DNA from: an uncultured Nitrososphaerota archaeon
GTDB taxonomy: Archaea > Korarchaeota > Korarchaeia > Korarchaeales > Korarchaeaceae
DNA: 10,215 nt
Assembly (NCBI GenBank): GCA_964480775.1
Contig: CAYZRF010000038.1
Coordinates: forward strand, 1,196-11,410
Direction of reading: 5' to 3'
Position numbers and translations under genes: made by a program. The notes under the pieces were generated by a model. It was not told the DNA's origin. It ran no database searches and saw only the letters and a list, made by a program, of their open reading frames with translations. This document shows, in pieces, positions 5,678 to 10,215 of this stretch. Numbering within the stretch: position 1 is the first letter of the stretch; each line of letters opens with the position of its first letter.

Positions 5678-7495
5678 TTAACCGAGGCGCCCCCTCTTAT
5701 TTCTTTTATGAATTGCAATCAGACCAACTGCTGGCAATATGATAGACAGGTAATAAAGCCTGAATCCTAGCTCTAGGAGGCATAGCAAGGGACCCGCGAT
5801 CATAAAAATGGCAAAGACAACGAAACTAAAGGAAGAGCCTTTAAGAAGAAAGGCTCTCAATAACCTGTCCCCTCGGATGTACCAAGCCATAAATGAGAGG
5901 GCTGAGGTCAAAAAGGAGAAGCTTGCAAGTAATAGATAAAGGGGATCCTCTTGGCGATAAAGAACTGGAAAAATGCTGACGAAAATGAAACCAGGAACGC
6001 AAACCAGAAACAACCCTTTGACGTCTCCCACCTCTCCGAATTTGGCAAGTCTCCTTCTTTTTAGCGTGTAAGCTCTCATCGAATAGATTAAAACATAGCA
6101 CAGAAGAGATAGAGACAAGATCCAGAGCAAAGAGGGAATTGGATTGAAGTAGGATAGTAAACCAAAGGCAAGGAACAACACAGAAAGTATGAATCCTAAG
6201 ATCGGCCAGAAACCCTCTCTTGCAACAGTTTTCATTCCAGCTCCCAACACTCTAGGAAGGGAAGATACTTCTGATAGAGCGAAAATTATGGATACTAGGT
6301 CATAAATTACTGAGAAGAGAGCAAGAGAAGAGATGGCAGTAGTATGAATGAAGATCATTGATATTGCACTGTTGACCCCAGCACAACCAGCTAGTATGGA
6401 TATTGCAAGTAAGATATCCCTAGATATGTTAGGAAGGACTGAAGGAAGAAGTATTAACATGAAAAAGCAGAAAATACAAAAGTACCACAAACAAGAAAAG
6501 GGATGTACAGGAGTGTATGCTCCCAAAAGCCCCCCTATAAGAATTGCTAACCCGAAAAGAGTTGCTTGATCATATTCTATTTTCTTAAAGATCGCAAGCA
6601 TGAATATCGAATACGGCACCCAAGAGAAGAGGGGGTATAGATCAGTGGTGTACAATGAACATGCAAGACCGAAACTCAGAAGAAGCGGGTACGAATAGGT
6701 TATTAGGCCGCTTGATATTCCCATGTGCGAAATTCCTATTTGAGAGGTCTTTCCGCTCAGGAATATGATGGTAGAGAAAAAGAGCGCTAAAGTGGCTAAG
6801 AAAATGTAATACATACTGAACTCGGATGTAGCCAGATCTATCCTTTCAAATGTATGGTAAAGGCTGTTGATCAATACCTCTGCTTCTTTTATCGAATTAT
6901 TTTCAATCAATTCGTTCAGAGAAAAAAGCATTGCCTCACAACTCTCGTTTCCGTGAGATAGAACTTTATGTATCCACCAAAAGTGGGGTTTACTAAATGA
7001 GTTCAAGGAGGCAATTCTTTCAAAATTTTCACGTAAGAAAAGCCAATAAGGGTCTTTATTTGAAAGACTTCTTAAGTTCTCAACAATGGCAATTGTGATT
7101 CTCATTTCTTTTGGCGGTGGATAAAGAAATGCTAGAGTCAAGAAATATAAGAAGAAGAAATCTAACAGAATAAAGAAGATTAATGCCAACACGTTCTTCC
7201 TCGAACTTCTTTCATAACCACGACTTCTAATTGTAAAGAACGCAATCCCTACTGTACTTAATGAAAGGCCAATACAAACCACATATGTGTTGCTTAGAAA
7301 TTCCTCTAACCATTTCAAGAGAAGCGGTAGCGAAAAGCCTAAAACGAAGAGAACAAGACCAGCAAAATCCATAGCGAAAATTTGTGGTCTTTCCCCAAGC
7401 CCCCTTTTTCTACGATGCATAAGTGGTCTCTCCCATCGTAAGCCAAAAAGAACTCCTGGCGGAATATGAAGGTCGTTCTTCTTAAGTTCTACCAA
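5678..7495 (-). CDS. Large polytopic integral membrane protein, no recognisable family
   Basis: 605-aa ORF that is extremely hydrophobic, with on the order of 14 or more predicted TM segments by eye. One roughly 95-aa hydrophilic helical insert spans residues 126-222 (PPPKEMRITIAIVENLRSL...HTFERIDLATSEF). The track start is a TTG at 7495. In-frame ATGs at 7420 (MHRRKRGL...) and 7372 (MDFAGLV...) are equally plausible true starts. Confidence 0.75.
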   Translation of the reverse strand: MVELKKNDLHIPPGVLFGLRWERPLMHRRKRGLGERPQIFAMDFAGLVLFVLGFSLPLLLKWLEEFLSNTYVVCIGLSLSTVGIAFFTIRSRGYERSSRKNVLALIFFILLDFFFLYFLTLAFLYPPPKEMRITIAIVENLRSLSNKDPYWLFLRENFERIASLNSFSKPHFWWIHKVLSHGNESCEAMLFSLNELIENNSIKEAEVLINSLYHTFERIDLATSEFSMYYIFLATLALFFSTIIFLSGKTSQIGISHMGISSGLITYSYPLLLSFGLACSLYTTDLYPLFSWVPYSIFMLAIFKKIEYDQATLFGLAILIGGLLGAYTPVHPFSCLWYFCIFCFFMLILLPSVLPNISRDILLAISILAGCAGVNSAISMIFIHTTAISSLALFSVIYDLVSIIFALSEVSSLPRVLGAGMKTVAREGFWPILGFILSVLFLAFGLLSYFNPIPSLLWILSLSLLCYVLIYSMRAYTLKRRRLAKFGEVGDVKGLFLVCVPGFIFVSIFPVLYRQEDPLYLLLASFSFLTSALSFMAWYIRGDRLLRAFLLKGSSFSFVVFAIFMIAGPLLCLLELGFRLYYLSIILPAVGLIAIHKRNKRGRLG

Positions 7496-7500
7496 GATTC

Positions 7501-7513
7501 AGTCTGGAAGACT
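7501..7513. promoter_or_regulatory. Inverted repeat AGTCT-gga-AGACT in the divergent promoter region
   Basis: Perfect 5-3-5 palindrome in the 81-nt spacer between the membrane-protein gene and the winged-helix gene. It is too short to be statistically compelling on its own. Confidence 0.25.
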
Positions 7514-7576
7514 AGTAATGGAAATAAGAACTTCAGATTAAATAGATCAACGATCCTCAGAGAAACTTGATAGATA

Positions 7577-7882
7577 TTGAGTCAGAGCGAGATTCCCTTG
7601 TGGCTCGTTGAAGAAGTTCTTTCTTCAAGGGGAAGAGTTAGGATTCTATATCTCCTGACACGATGGGGTGCTCTCAACATATCAAGACTCGCAAGAGATA
7701 CAAATCTTAGCGTAGAAATGACAAAAAGGCATTTAAAGAAATTATCAGAATTAGGAATCGTAAAAGAGCTCAAATTAGGAAGATTCAAGCTTTATCAGCT
7801 TGAAAAGGAACATCCATTGAGTGATAGGATAATTGTCCTATTTTCTGGCGTGACTTACGTTCCGACAAAAAGAGACGTGTAA
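7577..7882 (+). CDS. Small winged-helix-turn-helix transcriptional regulator (ArsR/TrmB-like)
   Basis: 101 aa. SRGRVRILYLLTRWGALNISRLARDTNLSVEMTKRHLKKLSELGIVKELKLGRFKLYQL is a typical wHTH (helix-turn-helix then beta wing). The start must be non-ATG: TTG at 7577 or 7598. An in-frame stop lies at 7571-7573, and the first ATG falls inside the HTH. A TTAAATAG box lies about 25 nt upstream. Confidence 0.8.
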   Translation: MSQSEIPLWLVEEVLSSRGRVRILYLLTRWGALNISRLARDTNLSVEMTKRHLKKLSELGIVKELKLGRFKLYQLEKEHPLSDRIIVLFSGVTYVPTKRDV

Positions 7883-7993
7883 TCCTGAATCAAATCCCTT
7901 GTAGAATGAGCTATATGGTGTATAAATTCTATTTATAGCGATGAGTCCCAATGCTAATATTAAATTCAAAGTGTAAATAGTTTGGGGGAAGCT

Positions 7994-8254
7994 ATGGAAG
8001 GAACTAAGGAGAAAGTCGGAAGAGTTACGCACTACTTTAGTAGAATAGGGGTTGCTGTTATAGAGCTGGAAAGTGAGTTGAAGGTAGGAGATGAAATATC
8101 AATAGAAGGAGCAACCACTAATTTCAGACAGAAAGTCGCCTCTATGGAGATAGAGCATAAGAAAGTTGATGTAGCAAAGGCAGGGCAATCAGTCGGGCTT
8201 AAGGTTGAGGAAAAGGTAAGACCCGGAGATGTAGTGTACAAGGTAGGAGATTAG
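7994..8254 (+). CDS. Small EF-Tu-domain-II-like beta-barrel protein ('translation elongation factor-like protein')
   Basis: 86 aa from the ATG at 7994; the track extends it to a TTG at 7982. KVGRVTHYFSRIGVAVIELESELKVGDEISIEG...EIEHKKVDVAKAGQSVGLKVEEKVRPGDVVYKV matches the small standalone beta-barrel family I recall being annotated this way. A GGGGGA SD-like element lies 4 nt upstream of the ATG. Confidence 0.75.
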   Translation: MEGTKEKVGRVTHYFSRIGVAVIELESELKVGDEISIEGATTNFRQKVASMEIEHKKVDVAKAGQSVGLKVEEKVRPGDVVYKVGD

Positions 8255-8482
8255 GTGCTTTCAAGCCTGTTCAGATAAGAGACGACTTCAATAGCCTTTT
8301 GTAGAAAAGAAGTGCCAAAAAAACGAGATATCGGCTTTAAGGAAAACGCTCTTCTCAAATAGTCAAGATAGATACCTCTAACAGCAAAATCCGTGATGTC
8401 GAGAACTTTGTTTAACGCAAGGATTACCTCCTTCTTTAACCAAAAAAGAAATTAATCTTCATGTAGGGTAATTAGCTTCGAT

Positions 8483-10215
8483 ATGGTAGGGCGTGGGGGT
8501 GTCGCAAAGGCCCTTGTAGTCCTAGTTGTTGTCATAATCGTTTTATCAGTGGTTGGAGTTTACTTTTTAACCAGAAAAAGGGCTCCAGCACCCACGTTAA
8601 CCCCTACTCCAGCTTTTAGCCCAACTCCAACACCTAAACCCGGACCCACTAAAGAAAAAACTATATTAGAAAATATTCCTTGCATTTATCATAAGCCAGA
8701 CAACTGGAATGGGAAATCCATTATTTTCGTTCATGGACTTGGAGGAAGCAAGGAAACATGGATCGAAGATATGGAAGCCTTTGAAAACTTAGGTTATAGC
8801 ACTTTTTCGTTTGATTTACCATTTCATGGAAAAAGGGGGAAATTCTCTGGGGCTGAACAACTTCCAACTCTCATTAAAGAGGGATCTGATGAAATTTTAG
8901 CCATAGCAGAATTTCTAAGAGATGACGGTGCTACCGAGGTCTATCTCATTTCTAGAAGCTTGGGCAGCATAGTTTCAGGAGTAGCGCTAGGTAAAGGAGC
9001 TAAAATAGACAAAGCGGTGCTACTCTTACCAGCAGCAGATCTTGAATATGTGTTTAGATACGGTAGCATAGAAGAAAGACCTTCTTGGTTGAACAACCGT
9101 GAAACCCTTAGTGAAATTGATCCATTATACTTCCTTCCAAATTACACAGGTAGAATACACTTTCACTGTGGCAAGAGGGATAACCTCCTTACTCCAGAAG
9201 CCGGCGTTTTTGCATACAACGCGGCAATTTTAGCAAGAGAGAGAAGGATCTTCTGGCACGATTTAGCTCATTCAATGCCTTTATCGGAATATTTTGAGGA
9301 TGCTAAAGAGTTTTTTGAAAGCAGAAAAGTGATACAAAGCATATCAGAGCTTATTAAAGGGGTTCCAATGTCTTCATTAGGCGGAAATGGTGTCTGTAAT
9401 AAAGGTGAGAGTTGGGGTTCAAATCCATTTGATTGTAAGAAAAAAGTAGTTCTCATAGCCTTTCAGCTACACATAGAAGAAGTTGTTGAAGGGAAATACT
9501 ACGACAGCGATAGAGCTTTATTTGAGAAATATGCAGATATTTTGGACAGATTGGCAGCCGTTTTCGAAAAGCATGGAGCTAAGATCTCGATTCAAACGGA
9601 GAAGAATTTCGCTATTGCTGATGTGAAATTCGGAAGATACATCTTAAAGGAGCTGAGGGAAAGAGGCCATGGCATAGGAGTTCAAAGCCATATGGGACAT
9701 CACATTAAGGAGCTACACTTAAACACAGATGAAGCAAAACTCCAGTATACCATGGAGGTAAAAGAAGCTGTTGCCAGGGCCATTGGTAGTGAGCCGACAA
9801 ATATAGGTGGTGGCTTTGAGATGGAGAACATTAACCTTCTCGGGGTTGGAGATGGAGGCCTAGGGTTCATTTCGATGACTGCTATAGAGAAACCCTACTA
9901 CATGCAAACCAAGAAACCACCAAGATGGCTCCATCCATGGATACTACCCCCCACGCAAATGATAGACTTAAGCGATCCATCGTGGATGGCGCATGATGCA
10001 GGTGGCTGCATCGTTTACATCCCAGGTTGGTACATGAGTGAGGGTATATTTGAGATAGATTGCAGGAAAAATGAAAATTGCTTTGATTTCGCAACTCAAT
10101 CACTCTATAGAGCTCTAGAGGATGCCGATGGCCGTTACATCAATGTGTGGTGGTTTAGCTCTCATTTATACCAAACCGGTAGAAGTGAGTCTGAAACGGA
10201 GAAAGTACTAGATGC
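8483..10215 (+). CDS. Partial membrane-anchored multidomain esterase: TM anchor, Pro/Thr linker, alpha/beta hydrolase, Cys linker, deacetylase-like domain; runs off the window end
   Basis: Absent from the ORF track because no stop falls inside the window. I translated it by hand from the ATG at 8483, the first start after an in-frame TAA at 8453-8455. All 577 codons to the window end are open. Layout: MVGRGGVAKALVVLVVVIIVLSVVGVYFLTRKR (TM); APAPTLTPTPAFSPTPTPKPGPT (linker); IIFVHGLGGSKETW, ISRSLGS (Ser159 nucleophile elbow), GKRDNLL and LAHSMP (Ser-Asp-His order); GNGVCNKGESWGSNPFDC; then VVLIAFQLHIEE...GHGIGVQSHMGHH.... Confidence 0.85.
   Translation, partial: MVGRGGVAKALVVLVVVIIVLSVVGVYFLTRKRAPAPTLTPTPAFSPTPTPKPGPTKEKTILENIPCIYHKPDNWNGKSIIFVHGLGGSKETWIEDMEAFENLGYSTFSFDLPFHGKRGKFSGAEQLPTLIKEGSDEILAIAEFLRDDGATEVYLISRSLGSIVSGVALGKGAKIDKAVLLLPAADLEYVFRYGSIEERPSWLNNRETLSEIDPLYFLPNYTGRIHFHCGKRDNLLTPEAGVFAYNAAILARERRIFWHDLAHSMPLSEYFEDAKEFFESRKVIQSISELIKGVPMSSLGGNGVCNKGESWGSNPFDCKKKVVLIAFQLHIEEVVEGKYYDSDRALFEKYADILDRLAAVFEKHGAKISIQTEKNFAIADVKFGRYILKELRERGHGIGVQSHMGHHIKELHLNTDEAKLQYTMEVKEAVARAIGSEPTNIGGGFEMENINLLGVGDGGLGFISMTAIEKPYYMQTKKPPRWLHPWILPPTQMIDLSDPSWMAHDAGGCIVYIPGWYMSEGIFEIDCRKNENCFDFATQSLYRALEDADGRYINVWWFSSHLYQTGRSESETEKVLD

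Noticed and set aside
5841-7469. ORFs 5841..6101 (-), 6348..6569 (+) and 7287..7469 (+) within the membrane protein gene
   Set aside because: They are alternative-frame or antisense frames inside a continuous 605-codon hydrophobic ORF. Their basic, low-complexity translations look spurious.
7582-8241. Minus-strand ORFs 7582..7788, 7838..8032 and 8032..8241
   Set aside because: They are antisense to the wHTH and EF-like genes, or span the promoter region between them. The plus-strand genes carry clear domain signatures.
9268-10103. Minus-strand ORFs 9268..9456 and 9882..10103
   Set aside because: They lie antisense within the long, unlisted plus-strand hydrolase ORF, which is open for 577 codons and has coherent domain motifs.
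1-10215. Scan for CRISPR repeats, tRNA/rRNA, IS or transposase ends, and C/D-box sRNAs (RUGAUGA...CUGA)
   Set aside because: I found no regularly spaced direct repeats, no cloverleaf-like or rRNA-like segments, and no terminal inverted repeats or transposase/integrase ORFs. The only C-box-like strings are imperfect (TTGATGA near 366, GTGATGT near 8393) and lack a D box at the right spacing.

Overview
This looks like an archaeal chromosomal segment. Supporting signs are heavy AGA/AGG/ATA codon use, AT-rich TATA-like boxes 25-50 nt upstream of starts, GGTGA-type Shine-Dalgarno sequences (SDs), and a tungsten-type aldehyde:ferredoxin oxidoreductase (AOR). It is gene-dense. I could support nine protein-coding genes and found no rRNA, tRNA, CRISPR array, IS element or C/D-box sRNA. 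Left to right: a truncated MFS-like transporter (-), a PLP-dependent cysteine synthase family gene (+), then a co-directional minus-strand array. Read in transcription order, the array is a 605-aa orphan polytopic membrane protein, an MBL-fold hydrolase (HYHYDH), a MoaD/ThiS-like Gly-Gly protein, a four-cluster [4Fe-4S] ferredoxin subunit, and the AOR catalytic subunit, which is separated from the ferredoxin gene by 1 nt. A small winged-helix regulator is divergent from the membrane protein. It is followed by a small EF-Tu-domain-II-like beta-barrel protein. Last is a long ORF that runs off the right edge and is absent from the supplied track. That ORF encodes a TM anchor, a Pro/Thr linker, an alpha/beta hydrolase, a Cys-containing linker and a second deacetylase-like domain. 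I see no clear novel system. The items most worth follow-up are the unlisted hydrolase fusion, the orphan membrane protein paired with its regulator, an Asp replacing the first Cys ligand of the AOR cluster motif, the uncertain role of the MoaD-like protein, and several perfect palindromes in intergenic spacers. All family assignments come from motifs read by eye and need HMM or structure searches.
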